Shown: in pieces, positions 21,304 through 32,683 of the stretch
Layout of the letters: each line of letters begins with the position of its first letter
Numbering within the stretch: the stretch's first letter is position 1
Assembly (NCBI GenBank): GCA_965226785.1
Contig: CBDDEC010000004.1
Location: 588,093 to 652,092, forward strand
DNA: 64,000 bases
Direction: 5' to 3'
From: Dehalococcoidia bacterium
GTDB lineage: Bacteria > Chloroflexota > Dehalococcoidia > UBA2979
Made by a program: the position numbers and the translations under genes
Notes under the pieces: generated by a model
Told to the model about the DNA's origin: nothing
The model's input: the letters and a program-made list of their open reading frames with translations, nothing else
The model's database searches: none

Positions 21304-22599
21304 TTGTACGAGGCGGCCAGTGCTCAAACCGGCTGTCGGAATGGTTGGTGGCCTAGGTTGAATGCCGCCCAAGCTGAGACGCCCGCCCCCGGTCCCCTCA
21401 CGGGCGTGCGCGTAGTCGACTTCTCCTGGTACGTCGCTGGCCCATTCTGCGCCCGTATGCTCGCGGACTACGGCGCGGATGTCATCAAGGTGGAGCGTCC
21501 TCGCGTGGGGGATCCGGCTCGTTCATTCGGTCCGTTTCCCGGCGACCGGCCTCACCCCGAGCGGTCGGGGGCGTTCCTGAGCCTGAATACCAGTAAGCGC
21601 GGGATCACGCTAGACCTCCGTGCTCCCGAGGGCCTGGAGATCGCCTCTCGCCTGGTTGCCGAGGCAGATGTCGTGGTCGAGGCGTTCAGTCCGGGCGTAA
21701 TGGACGGACTTGGGCTCGGCTTTGAGGCGCTCGCCGTATCGGCGAGTCAGCTTGTGTACTGCTCGATCTCCAATTTCGGTCAGAGCGGGCCCTACCGCGA
21801 CTACCAACTCACTGACTTCACCCTCTACGCGATGGGCGGCGCCATGCACGCCACCGGGCTCCCCGATCGTGAGCCGTTGAGGCTCGCAACCGGCACTCAG
21901 CTCATCCAGGGGGGCTACATTGCTGCGACAGCGGCGCTCATAGCCTACTACGGTGCTCGGCGCTCGGGAATTGGTGACTGGGTGGACGTATCGCTCTTCG
22001 AGACAGCGATGGGGTCGATCGATCGCCGGTTGACTCACCTGACCGCGCATGCGTACGCCGGCGGGCTGCAGAGGCGCGAGCCCCAATGGGGCACCGGCTA
22101 TCCTACCGGCTTCTATCCATGCAGCGATGGCTACGTTCTGATCACGGGTGGCGGTCAATTTTTCCCGCGTGTCGCGAGAATGGTTGGGCGACCGGAGCTC
22201 GGGATCGACCCACGGTACGCCGCCGATGAGGCGCAGCGCGATCCGGCCCGCCGCGAGGAGTTTGAAGCGACCGTCCTTCTCCCATGGATTCTCGAACTTA
22301 CGAAGGAGGAGGTGTGTCTGGCCGCGCAGGAGGCAGGCGTACTCTGCGGCGCGGTGAACACGGTCGCTGACGTGATGCGGTCGGCACAATTCCTCGAGCG
22401 AGGTTACTGGGCGCAGGTCGACCATCCCGAAACTGGCGAACTCCCATATCCCGGCGCACCATTCAAGATGTCGCGAACCCCTTGGGCTATCGGTCGCCCA
22501 GCTCCGCTGCTTGGCGAGCACAACCGCGACGTGCTGGTCGAAGAGCTCGGGGTGCCTGTGCGGCGCTTCCAGCGGTTGCAACGAGCAGGGGTGATCTGA
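21304..22599 (+). CDS. CaiB/BaiF family (class III) CoA-transferase
   Basis: GVRVVDFSWYVAGPFCARMLADYGADVIKVERP. Start uncertain. Stop overlaps the next start (ATGA). Confidence 0.75.
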   Translation: MYEAASAQTGCRNGWWPRLNAAQAETPAPGPLTGVRVVDFSWYVAGPFCARMLADYGADVIKVERPRVGDPARSFGPFPGDRPHPERSGAFLSLNTSKRGITLDLRAPEGLEIASRLVAEADVVVEAFSPGVMDGLGLGFEALAVSASQLVYCSISNFGQSGPYRDYQLTDFTLYAMGGAMHATGLPDREPLRLATGTQLIQGGYIAATAALIAYYGARRSGIGDWVDVSLFETAMGSIDRRLTHLTAHAYAGGLQRREPQWGTGYPTGFYPCSDGYVLITGGGQFFPRVARMVGRPELGIDPRYAADEAQRDPARREEFEATVLLPWILELTKEEVCLAAQEAGVLCGAVNTVADVMRSAQFLERGYWAQVDHPETGELPYPGAPFKMSRTPWAIGRPAPLLGEHNRDVLVEELGVPVRRFQRLQRAGVI

Positions 22600-23978
22600 T
22601 GGCGAAGTGGCCGGCCCGGAAAGAACGCCCTGTTCCCTCGACAGCCGGCACGGTCTTGCCTCTCGAAGGGATTCGTGTCTTAGATTTCACACTTGTCCTC
22701 GCTGGTCCGTACGGAACAATGTTACTAGCGGACCTAGGAGCGGAGGTGATCCGCGTCGAATCGCCGAGGCACTTTCCGAGCAGCACGCGGGGAGCAAAGC
22801 CGCGCCCGGAGCCCCGCGATCTGCAAAGTGCCACGCTATACGGCCGCGCGTACCCAGGAGCGCAGCCAGGCGAGCGACCGTGGAACCGCTACGGACCATT
22901 CAACTCGCACGCCCGAAACAAGCTTGCGATTACGCTGGATTTCGGCAAGCACGGCGCGCAGACGCTCGTCCGCCGTCTGGTTGCGGAGAGCGACGTGGTC
23001 GTCGAGAACAACGCCCCGGGGGTGATGAAGCGCCTCGGGCTCGGATTCGACGAGCTTCGCAGTGCCAATCCCGAGATCATCATGGTCTCCTCCAGCGCGT
23101 TGGGCGCCACAGGCCCATTAGCTCGTCTCCGCGGCTTCGGCGGGCACATCGACGCCATGACGGGACATCTCTCGATGCGGGGTTACCCGGATACGGATCC
23201 GTCAGCGGCGGGGAATGTTGTGATCTCAGACGCGGCCGCCGGACCGGCGATCGCGTTCGCGACGCTTGCCGCGCTAATCCATCGGGACCAGACGGGCGAG
23301 GGTCAGCACATCGACATGTCCCAAGCCGAAAACCTTATGCACTACTTCGCGCTCCCGGTCTTTGACTACTCGATGAATGGCCGCATCCCGACACCGACTG
23401 GTAACCGGCACGAGAAGTTTGCACCTCAGAGCGTTTATCGATGCCGAGGCGATGACCAGTGGATTGCCCTAACTGTCCGCGATGACTCCGACTTCGCGGC
23501 ACTCTGCCGGGTCCTGCGACGCCCTGATCTCGTGGGCGATGTGCGGTTTGCCGACTCCGCCGCGCGGTACCGGAATCAAACCGCGCTTGACCCGATCATC
23601 GAGGAGCGAACATCGCAAGAAGAAGCTCGCGTTCTTTTCGACGCCTTGCAGCGTGAGGGAGTACCGGCGGGCATCCTCCTCAACGAGGCCGACGCGTACT
23701 CCGATCCGCATCTGGCGGCTCGAGGATTCTTTGAGTCCGTGCAGCATCCCGATGCTGGAACGCATCGCTACCCAGGGATGCTCTGGCGACAGCTCCGTCG
23801 GCCGCTGAAGATCCGCCGATATGCGCCGCGCCTTGGCGAAGACAACGCCTACGTCTATCGGGACATCCTCGGGTTGAGCGCTGAGGAGTACGTCACGTTA
23901 GAGGCCTTGGGGCATGTCACGACCGAGTATCTGCCGCCAGTAGTTGAAGCAGATCATGACCCTAGCCGTTCCGGTTGA
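22599..23978 (+). CDS. CaiB/BaiF family CoA-transferase
   Basis: GIRVLDFTLVLAGPYGTMLLADLGAEVIRVESP. ATG at 22599 overlaps the upstream TGA. Confidence 0.8.
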   Translation: MAKWPARKERPVPSTAGTVLPLEGIRVLDFTLVLAGPYGTMLLADLGAEVIRVESPRHFPSSTRGAKPRPEPRDLQSATLYGRAYPGAQPGERPWNRYGPFNSHARNKLAITLDFGKHGAQTLVRRLVAESDVVVENNAPGVMKRLGLGFDELRSANPEIIMVSSSALGATGPLARLRGFGGHIDAMTGHLSMRGYPDTDPSAAGNVVISDAAAGPAIAFATLAALIHRDQTGEGQHIDMSQAENLMHYFALPVFDYSMNGRIPTPTGNRHEKFAPQSVYRCRGDDQWIALTVRDDSDFAALCRVLRRPDLVGDVRFADSAARYRNQTALDPIIEERTSQEEARVLFDALQREGVPAGILLNEADAYSDPHLAARGFFESVQHPDAGTHRYPGMLWRQLRRPLKIRRYAPRLGEDNAYVYRDILGLSAEEYVTLEALGHVTTEYLPPVVEADHDPSRSG

Positions 23979-24053
23979 GAGGCCCGCAGCGTAGTCACGT
24001 TGCGGCCTGGACGGCATGGCAGCGTGAACCACGAGTCTCCGACGGCGTGACGG

Positions 24054-25214
24054 CTAGAGCGAATTGTAGACGGCTTGAGCTAATCCCGCAGGACGCGGAT
24101 CCGCCGCCGACCCAGCCCACATGCAATTCGTGACGTAGCCGAAGCCAATCCGCACGTCGCCATCGGCCCAGCCAGCGGAACCGGCCATACCGGAGTGGCC
24201 GAAGGCGTTCTCGCCCCGGACGTCACCAGTCTCAGGCAGCGGCAACACGAACCCCATCGACCGTCGCACCTCGACATTCATCACCGCGTCGAGGCCTCGT
24301 ACCTGCTCCGTGCGCGCTCTCTCGATCGTCTCCGCGCTCATCAGCCGGACACCGCCGATCTCGCCTCCACGTGCTAGAGCGCCATAAATACGTGCAAGCG
24401 ATCGAGCATTGCCATGACCGTTCCCAGCCGGGATCTCGGCTGCGCGTAGTTCTCGATGGTTTATACCTACGCCCTCTTTAGGGGGACTGTTGCGGAACGA
24501 GCGCGCAGCCACTCTCCCGCGTTCCGAGACCGAAGCGGGAATGCCACTTCCCGGAAAGTCCGGCGTAGCCACGATCATATCTGCGACGCGGTGGTCCTCT
24601 TCTGGCCCGAAGCCGATGAAGAAGTCAACACCGAGCGGGCGCGCAATCTCGTCGCGTACGAAGTGTCCGACACTCAACCCTGTGACGCGTCGAATCACCT
24701 CACCGACCAGCCAGCCGAACGTTCCAGTGTGGTACCCGTGCTTTGTTCCGGGCTCCCACATTGGTGCCTGCCGCTCGAGAGCGCGAACCATCGTTCCCCA
24801 CTCGAGAGTGGCGCCAGCCGGGAGCTCCTGTTCAACCAGCGGGAGGCCTGCCTGGTGAGTGAGCAGCCATTTCACAGGGATATGCGCTTTGCCGGCCTGG
24901 CCGAACTCGGGCCAGTAGCGGGCGACAGGTGACTCAAGGTCTATCAGCCCCTGCTCGGCTAGCATGTGCGCCGCAACCGCGACCACTCCCTTTGTGCATG
25001 AGTACAAGATGACAATCGTATCGCGCCGCCAAGGTCGGGTCCGTGCGGCGTCTGTAAAGCCCCCCCAAAGATCGACTACCGTTTCGCCATCGAGTGTGAC
25101 GGCCACCGCCGCCCCCACCTCGCCATGGTCCGTGAAGTTGCGAGTGAAGGCCTCGCGGACACCCTCGAACCCTGACTGACATTGCCCATTGATATTGACC
25201 GCCGGCCCTGGCAT
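24054..25214 (-). CDS. serine hydrolase (beta-lactamase/esterase family)
   Basis: S-x-x-K motif in ILYSCTKGVVAVAAHML. 386 aa. Confidence 0.7.
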   Translation of the reverse strand: MPGPAVNINGQCQSGFEGVREAFTRNFTDHGEVGAAVAVTLDGETVVDLWGGFTDAARTRPWRRDTIVILYSCTKGVVAVAAHMLAEQGLIDLESPVARYWPEFGQAGKAHIPVKWLLTHQAGLPLVEQELPAGATLEWGTMVRALERQAPMWEPGTKHGYHTGTFGWLVGEVIRRVTGLSVGHFVRDEIARPLGVDFFIGFGPEEDHRVADMIVATPDFPGSGIPASVSERGRVAARSFRNSPPKEGVGINHRELRAAEIPAGNGHGNARSLARIYGALARGGEIGGVRLMSAETIERARTEQVRGLDAVMNVEVRRSMGFVLPLPETGDVRGENAFGHSGMAGSAGWADGDVRIGFGYVTNCMWAGSAADPRPAGLAQAVYNSL

Positions 25215-25271
25215 CTTTCGACCCTATACTCAGTCTTATCGAGTCCCTTTGGAGCGCGCTCGCTGAGACAC

Positions 25272-26408
25272 TCACTTGGTGCGAGACTCGGACCGCCATG
25301 TTGGCTTGCTTGGAAGGGCAATTGTGCAACTCCCGACTGTGTTCGTGCGCCCATCCTGACTGTGGGCTCGAAGATCGCAATCGATGAGGTGCTCGTCCCC
25401 CAAGACACGCTTCGCTGTGACCTGTCCGGTGTAGTAGTTGCAGTCGCCGCTCAAGTTCAACCCGATGAGCTTCCCCTTCAAGTACTTCAGGTCGGCGTCA
25501 TCCCCCATCCAGCTCGCCACTGCTCGCATCAGCCACGACATTCGCTGAGGTCCGCTGTCGAATGCGCGCGGTATCGCGCGGTTCGCCCACGTCGAGGCGC
25601 TCGGGTTAGCGCTCGTGTGTCCACTGGTCCATGGATCCGGTTCAAAACTACGCATCGCGGCTTCAGGCTCGCGCGGAAAGCCAGCAAATCCAGGATCATC
25701 CGGTCCACGCCGCGTTCCCATTGTCCAGATCGCGATTTCAGCTTCCCAAAGCGGTCCCTGCACGACCGGCGTAATGACGTCGCCCTCGTGTGTGTCCTCA
25801 TAGAATCTCGGTTCAGCGCCACGGGGCCGTAGGCCCAGAGCCTTGTCCTTTGCGATCCGTCGCTGGTCCGCATCCGAGTAGACCGGAATTGCCGACACGT
25901 CTCGGTAGAGACTGCGTTTCGATGCGGCCTCGGCGGGCGCCACAACCGCATGAGCGATGGCGGTCGCCAGCAGCTCTCCTCGCTGGTTCACGTATCGGAT
26001 CTCCGCAGACAAGACTCCAGATTTGCTGGCATAGCCACTTACCTTGTCCTCGGCGTCGAGAAACTCATGCTCCACCGCGATCACGTCGCCGGACCGGACC
26101 GGTCCGTAAAAGGTCCAATCGGTACCAGCGTAGAGTGTGTTCAGCTTGGGCGTGCTCGCCTCCAGCGCCGGCAGCGTGATCAGTAATTGGGCCGTGTTGT
26201 CGATGGCGTAGAAGAAGTAGGGTGCGCCGATCACTCCGCTGAAGCGCGTGTTCCGAGCGTAGCCGGGGTTTGTGTAAAGGGGGTTGTAGTCGCCAACCGC
26301 GTACGAGCACTTCCGAATTTCCGAGGCGTCTACAGGCTCAGCGTTGTGAACTCGCGCCGGCCATCGCCTCCCCCTGTACTCCTTAAGATGGTTGAGACTG
26401 AACTCCAC
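25272..26408 (-). CDS. MaoC-like (double hot-dog) dehydratase
   Basis: N-terminal GDYNPLYTNPGYA resembles the FAS1-like/MaoC N-terminal domain. 378 aa is consistent with two hot-dog folds. Confidence 0.5.
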   Translation of the reverse strand: MEFSLNHLKEYRGRRWPARVHNAEPVDASEIRKCSYAVGDYNPLYTNPGYARNTRFSGVIGAPYFFYAIDNTAQLLITLPALEASTPKLNTLYAGTDWTFYGPVRSGDVIAVEHEFLDAEDKVSGYASKSGVLSAEIRYVNQRGELLATAIAHAVVAPAEAASKRSLYRDVSAIPVYSDADQRRIAKDKALGLRPRGAEPRFYEDTHEGDVITPVVQGPLWEAEIAIWTMGTRRGPDDPGFAGFPREPEAAMRSFEPDPWTSGHTSANPSASTWANRAIPRAFDSGPQRMSWLMRAVASWMGDDADLKYLKGKLIGLNLSGDCNYYTGQVTAKRVLGDEHLIDCDLRAHSQDGRTNTVGSCTIALPSKPTWRSESRTK

Positions 26409-26495
26409 GGCGGTGATCCCTTCTACGTCGCGGCCCGGGCTTGGCCGGGTTCAACTGGCCACTCGCCCCAGCCGCGCCGCTGCGCGAAGGTCGCG

Positions 26496-27299
26496 CTAGC
26501 CACGACTTGATGCCGGATCACGCTTCTCGCGAAATGCGCGCACCGCCTCACGAGCAAACTCCGTCGTCCGAGCCATCGCCATCGCCCAGTCAGCATCCTC
26601 GAGAGCATGGTCCAAGCTCGTGTCCTGAGCGCGATACGCGAGGCGCTTCGACAGTTGGATCGCAACTGGCGATTGGTCCGCGACGCGGGCCGCAAACTCG
26701 TGAGTCGCTGAGACCAGACGCCCGGCAGGGAAGACACGGCTGACGTAACCGGTGGCGAGCGCGGCTTCAGCGTTCATGAAGTCACCGGTCCACATCAACT
26801 CGAACGCCTTTGAGAGCCCCACGATCCGCGGAAGGAAGTACGCGCCACCGTCACCGGGAACGAGACCGCGATTGACATAAGACATGGCAAATCGAGCGGA
26901 TTCCGACGCAAAGCGAACGTCGCACATGCTCGCGAGGTCCATCCCAGCGCCGACGGCCGGCCCATTGACTGCGGCTATGTAGGGCTTGTCGAGGAGCTGT
27001 ACGGCACGTGTGAGGGCGTGGGCTCCGTCTCGCAAGAAATTTCGCCGCGAGGCGGCTGTTTCGAGTTCATCAGTGGCGAACTGGGCTTCCCCGCCGCGGA
27101 GATCTGCACCAGCGCAAAACCCTCGACCAGCTCCGGTCAAGATCACGACGTTCACTGCCTCGTCCCGGCGGGCATCATCGATCGCGACGCGCCACTCATC
27201 CAGCATGCGGAATGTGAAAGCGTTCATCTGCTGTGGGCGGTTCAGCGTGATCGTCGCGACACCATCCGCACGTTCATAGGCTATGTCTTGGAAATTCAT
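26496..27299 (-). CDS. enoyl-CoA hydratase/isomerase family protein
   Basis: Motifs ITLNRPQQMNAF and GFCAGADL. Start at MNFQDIAY (strong GGGGAGG RBS upstream); the ORF is open to 27314, abutting the IS end. Confidence 0.75.
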   Translation of the reverse strand: MNFQDIAYERADGVATITLNRPQQMNAFTFRMLDEWRVAIDDARRDEAVNVVILTGAGRGFCAGADLRGGEAQFATDELETAASRRNFLRDGAHALTRAVQLLDKPYIAAVNGPAVGAGMDLASMCDVRFASESARFAMSYVNRGLVPGDGGAYFLPRIVGLSKAFELMWTGDFMNAEAALATGYVSRVFPAGRLVSATHEFAARVADQSPVAIQLSKRLAYRAQDTSLDHALEDADWAMAMARTTEFAREAVRAFREKRDPASSRG

Positions 27300-27347
27300 C
27301 TTGGACCTCCCCATAGTGAACCGCCCCGGGTTTAGTGGAGACTCGGT

Positions 27348-28555
<1,208 letters not shown>

Positions 28556-28628
28556 CGCTCCATCCTCTCAAGGACTGGAGCCTCCAACATTCCCGGGGCG
28601 GTTCAGAGAGCCGAACTAAGCGAGGTTG

Positions 28629-29441
28629 CTACTGCCCCGTATAAAGTGGAGCGCGGCGCTCCTGGAACGATCGACGGCCTTCCTGGTAATCCTCTGTCGC
28701 CTTAGAGAATGTCCAGAGAAACTGCTCGTACTCCGCGTGAGACGCGAGGTCCGGTTCTGCGAGTGCGCGGTAGACCAGCCGCTTGGTTAACTCGATCGGG
28801 ACCGAGGGGCCGGTAGCAAGATCACGAGCGAAGGTCATCGTGCGCTGCATCAGCTCTTCGTGGGGGACGACTTCCTCAACGAGACCTTGGCGCCAAGCCT
28901 CCGATGCGTCGATCGCCTCTCCTCGCCAAAGCAAATGTAGTGCGCGGCTGGGCCCGATGAGGTGTGTGAGCAAGTGCGACGCGCCACCATCCGGCAAGAT
29001 CGCACGACGCAGGAACGCAGGAAGGAAGCTCGCTCTGTCCGAGGCGAACCGCACATCACAGACCAGTGCTAGCGAAATACCGGCACCCGCGCACACACCG
29101 TTCACCGCCGCGAGCACCGGCTTCTCGAGCCCCCGAAGCTCCGTGATCCATGACCAGCGTCCCTTATACCACTCCGCGCGCGGTCCTTCCTTCTGGGTGA
29201 GCATCGGACTACCTGTTGTCGCGCTCAGGTCTGCGCCTACACAGAAGCCGCGTCCCGCCCCGGTGAGGACCAATACTTTTGCGTCGTCGTCGTGAGCAAC
29301 TTGCCTAATCGCCTCAAGCAGCGCCTTCTTCATCTCGTCTGTGAGCGCGTTTAACTTGTCTGGGCGGTTGAGTGTCACCGTAACCACGCCGTGGTCCTGT
29401 TGAATCAGAACTTGTGTGTCACTCACTGAGCACCGCCTCAA
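28629..29441 (-). CDS. enoyl-CoA hydratase/isomerase family protein
   Basis: VTLNRPDKLNAL and GFCVGADL. 4-nt overlap with the upstream amidohydrolase gene. Confidence 0.75.
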   Translation of the reverse strand: MRRCSVSDTQVLIQQDHGVVTVTLNRPDKLNALTDEMKKALLEAIRQVAHDDDAKVLVLTGAGRGFCVGADLSATTGSPMLTQKEGPRAEWYKGRWSWITELRGLEKPVLAAVNGVCAGAGISLALVCDVRFASDRASFLPAFLRRAILPDGGASHLLTHLIGPSRALHLLWRGEAIDASEAWRQGLVEEVVPHEELMQRTMTFARDLATGPSVPIELTKRLVYRALAEPDLASHAEYEQFLWTFSKATEDYQEGRRSFQERRAPLYTGQ

Positions 29442-30406
29442 GACGTCTCGGCTGAACGGACCTCGGTGTCGAGGCCCAGCAGTCGCGCGGCGTTTCCTCC
29501 GAGAATCAAGTCGGCCTCGTCGCGCGTGAACGCTCTTCCGTAGCGGTCGGCGCGCTCAGGAAGCTCGCGCATGAAGGTAATGATCTCGGGGTAGGTGCCG
29601 CCCGCGACAGTCCTCGGCCCAGCGGCAAAGTCAGTGCCGAGCAGGATCCGATGCGCGCCGAGAACGTCGCGCATCTCAGACAGCACAGTCACAAACAGCT
29701 CTGGATTACGGAGAGCTTCCCCTGTCCACTGCGAGATCTCGATGTACGAAGTGGGATGGCTGCGGCTGACCTGAAGGGCCTCCTCCCACCAATAACGGTA
29801 CCCCGCGTGTCCGTAGATCAGCGTGGCTTCCGGGTAACGCGCCGCGAGCTCGGAGACAGCGCTGGGGCGCGTGAGCGCCGCTCGGAGGGGCGGCGGTACA
29901 TGCGCTGTGTGCACGAGCACAGGTAAACCTCGCTCAACACACGTTTCGATAAGCGGCTGACAGATGTCGTCCGCAACGCTGTAGCCGCACGCCGGATAGA
30001 GCTTTAGCCCCTTGAAGCCCCACTCATCAACCGCTCGTCTGAAATATTCAAGGGTTTCGTCGCGACGCGGATCCATGCCGAAGAACGCAAAGAAACGACC
30101 AGGGTATTTGAGGATCAGCTCCCCGTGATGCTCGATCACGGCTGAGGGCGGGGTGTCTTGATCTTGGCCGAATGCGAGACCCAGGTCGACGGTCATCGCA
30201 ACTACTGCGTCAACTCCTGCTCGATTCATCTCATCGAGGAGCAGGGTTCCATCAGGATCCGAAGCCCCTTCCATCACCCTCGGAAGAATGGCCAACGGAT
30301 CGCGGTGAGGGAGCGTCCGGTATGCCGCCGACTTAGCCATCCCGAGCTTGTAACCCGGCGGCTGGTAGCCCTCGTCCCATACATGCACGTGCATATCAAC
30401 GATCAT
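29438..30406 (-). CDS. amidohydrolase-family (amidohydrolase 2-like) metal-dependent hydrolase
   Basis: MIVDMHVHVWDEGY start motif and HAGYRYW. Confidence 0.65.
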   Translation of the reverse strand: MIVDMHVHVWDEGYQPPGYKLGMAKSAAYRTLPHRDPLAILPRVMEGASDPDGTLLLDEMNRAGVDAVVAMTVDLGLAFGQDQDTPPSAVIEHHGELILKYPGRFFAFFGMDPRRDETLEYFRRAVDEWGFKGLKLYPACGYSVADDICQPLIETCVERGLPVLVHTAHVPPPLRAALTRPSAVSELAARYPEATLIYGHAGYRYWWEEALQVSRSHPTSYIEISQWTGEALRNPELFVTVLSEMRDVLGAHRILLGTDFAAGPRTVAGGTYPEIITFMRELPERADRYGRAFTRDEADLILGGNAARLLGLDTEVRSAETS

Positions 30407-30451
30407 CGATTGTTCTCTGTCACAGGCCGAGCAGGGCGTCCTTCCCCCTCA

Positions 30452-31264
30452 TCATTCGGTCTCGCCTCGGTTAAACGCGGCGATCGCTTCCTTCAATCCG
30501 TTGGTCCGGACCATGTTCGCCAGCTTCTCCACAGGCTCCGATGCGTGTAACAGCGCGTCGATCTCGGAACCGAACGTCACGGCTACGCGGAACCCCTGGG
30601 TATCCACCGTCCTGTTGACGGAGAGCTTTTTCATCTGGAGGATCTTCGATGGTACCGTCGCGATCTTCATCGCCATTGCCCTGACCGTACTCTCTAGCTC
30701 CTCGGGAGGTACGGCGCGATTTGCCCAGCCCCAGTCTGAGGCCTGTTTTCCGCTAATCTGGCTGCCTGGTACGAACGACATCTCCTTTGCCCGCTTCGGT
30801 CCGACAAGCCAAGTCCACATCGGACTTATGTAGCCGCCTCCGACTGGAATCCCAGGAAAACCGACGATGGCGTCTTCGGCGATGATGGTGATATCGCAGA
30901 AGATACAAAGCTGTGTCGCTCCGCCCAGACAGTAGCCATGGACCTGAGCAATAACTGGCTTCGGGCAATCCCAGATCTTGAGCCACAGATCCGTGTTGCG
31001 CTGCAGTCGGTTGCGATCGTCTATCGTATCCTGCGTCGGCTGACTCGCTTCATCCCCCGGGCTGAGGTCGTACCCCGAAGAGAAGGCTCGTCCGGCTCCT
31101 CGGATGATGATCACCCGCGTATCCGGGTCGTTCGTCGCATCTTCGATAGCGGCCGCGATTCCCTCCCGGATCTCATCGTTGATGGCGTTCAGCCGCTCGG
31201 GGCGGTTCAGCGTAAGAACGCCAATCTGCCCGTCCTTCTCCCACAGCACGCTGTCACTCGACAT
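30452..31264 (-). CDS. enoyl-CoA hydratase/isomerase family protein
   Basis: LTLNRPERLNAIN and AFSSGYDL. Confidence 0.75.
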   Translation of the reverse strand: MSSDSVLWEKDGQIGVLTLNRPERLNAINDEIREGIAAAIEDATNDPDTRVIIIRGAGRAFSSGYDLSPGDEASQPTQDTIDDRNRLQRNTDLWLKIWDCPKPVIAQVHGYCLGGATQLCIFCDITIIAEDAIVGFPGIPVGGGYISPMWTWLVGPKRAKEMSFVPGSQISGKQASDWGWANRAVPPEELESTVRAMAMKIATVPSKILQMKKLSVNRTVDTQGFRVAVTFGSEIDALLHASEPVEKLANMVRTNGLKEAIAAFNRGETE

Positions 31265-31369
31265 CCTTACTTCTCCCTTCGGTCACCCCAGAACCAAGCA
31301 CGGGCGGACCTGCCACCGAACGACGCTCCGAGCCGACGGCACCGCTGGGGGACTTGCACCCGACGCCAT

Positions 31370-32683
31370 CTAAGTCACCGGATGCCAAGTCGGCTCGTTT
31401 CCGATGACTTCGTCAGCCTGAAGCTGAGCTATCTCCTGATCGGATCGCCCCAGGATCTCCTTGAGAACAACAAGATTATCTGCTCCCAGAGTTGGAGAGG
31501 CTGTGTCCCACCCTGCAACCGATCGCTGGAAATGGAACGGAAAACCGACGTAGAGGTGCGCCCCCGATACCGGCCGGTCGAGAAGCTTTATATCACCACG
31601 GTCGTGAAAGTGTTCGATTGCGAGCGCCTGCGACTGATTCGCGACCGGTACTGCCGAAACACCCACTGCTTGCAACGTCGAGGCCAATTCGAAGGCGTTG
31701 TGTTTCCTTGTCCAATTGGAGATGTCCCGATCGAGATCCTCCAGGTGCTCCCGACGCCCTTGGATCGACAAGTACCGCGGATCGTCTGCGAAGCTCTCAC
31801 CCGAAGCTACGCCGCACAGGGCGGTCCACTCCAAATCCGAGTCCACGTCGATTGAAATCCACTCATCAAGGGCAAGCTTAACAGGGCGTTCCTCGGTCGA
31901 GTTCGCCAGCGCGATGATGACCTCCTGCTCGTCGCCTGGCTGGCATAGGTATACATTCTCTGGACCTGGCTTGCGATTCCCATCAGGCTCCTGCACCCGC
32001 TGATTCAGTGCGGAGTCCATCAGGAACTCTATCCCGAGTAACGCAGTGATCTCGACCTGTGCCTGTTCGATGATTTGACCTTGGCCGGTTGCATCACGGC
32101 TACGCAAAGCCGTGATGATCGAGAAAACGGCAATCGCCGCGTTGAAAACGTCCGAGTAAGGGACCGCCGCATCGCCATTGGGCCGCTCGCCACGATATGC
32201 ATGGGCGGCCGCGACGCCGGCAAGCTGGGTGAACGTGGCGCCGTAGCCAGTTCGGCCTGCGAGCGGTCCTTCGGAGCCGAAGCCATCGAGGCTCGCATAG
32301 ATCAGGCGCGGGTTCACCTGAGACAGCTGCTCGTACCCGATCCCGAGTTTCAACGCACTACCAGGTCGGTAGCTTTCGACCACGACATCGCTGACCCGCG
32401 CGAGATCGAGGAAGATTCGGTGACCGCGCTCATCGTCGAGGTTGACGGTGAAGCCGAGCTTCGCGTGATTGTACCCATTGAACGCAGCGCTCCATTCATG
32501 GCCGTCGGGGCCAGGCCTGCAGATGCGCATTAGACGAGCACCGTCATACCGCTGGATCGCTTCGACTTTAATCACCTCGGCTCCGAGGCCGCCGAGCAGG
32601 CAAGTCGCCAGTGGCCCAGCCCAATGCGAGCAATGATCGATGACACGGATGCCGGCGAGCGGCCCAGCCCTAACGGCGGGCAT
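31370..32683 (-). CDS. CaiB/BaiF family CoA-transferase
   Basis: GIRVIDHCSHWAGPLATCLLGGLGAEVIKVE. Start overlaps the upstream stop by 1 nt. Confidence 0.75.
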   Translation of the reverse strand: MPAVRAGPLAGIRVIDHCSHWAGPLATCLLGGLGAEVIKVEAIQRYDGARLMRICRPGPDGHEWSAAFNGYNHAKLGFTVNLDDERGHRIFLDLARVSDVVVESYRPGSALKLGIGYEQLSQVNPRLIYASLDGFGSEGPLAGRTGYGATFTQLAGVAAAHAYRGERPNGDAAVPYSDVFNAAIAVFSIITALRSRDATGQGQIIEQAQVEITALLGIEFLMDSALNQRVQEPDGNRKPGPENVYLCQPGDEQEVIIALANSTEERPVKLALDEWISIDVDSDLEWTALCGVASGESFADDPRYLSIQGRREHLEDLDRDISNWTRKHNAFELASTLQAVGVSAVPVANQSQALAIEHFHDRGDIKLLDRPVSGAHLYVGFPFHFQRSVAGWDTASPTLGADNLVVLKEILGRSDQEIAQLQADEVIGNEPTWHPVT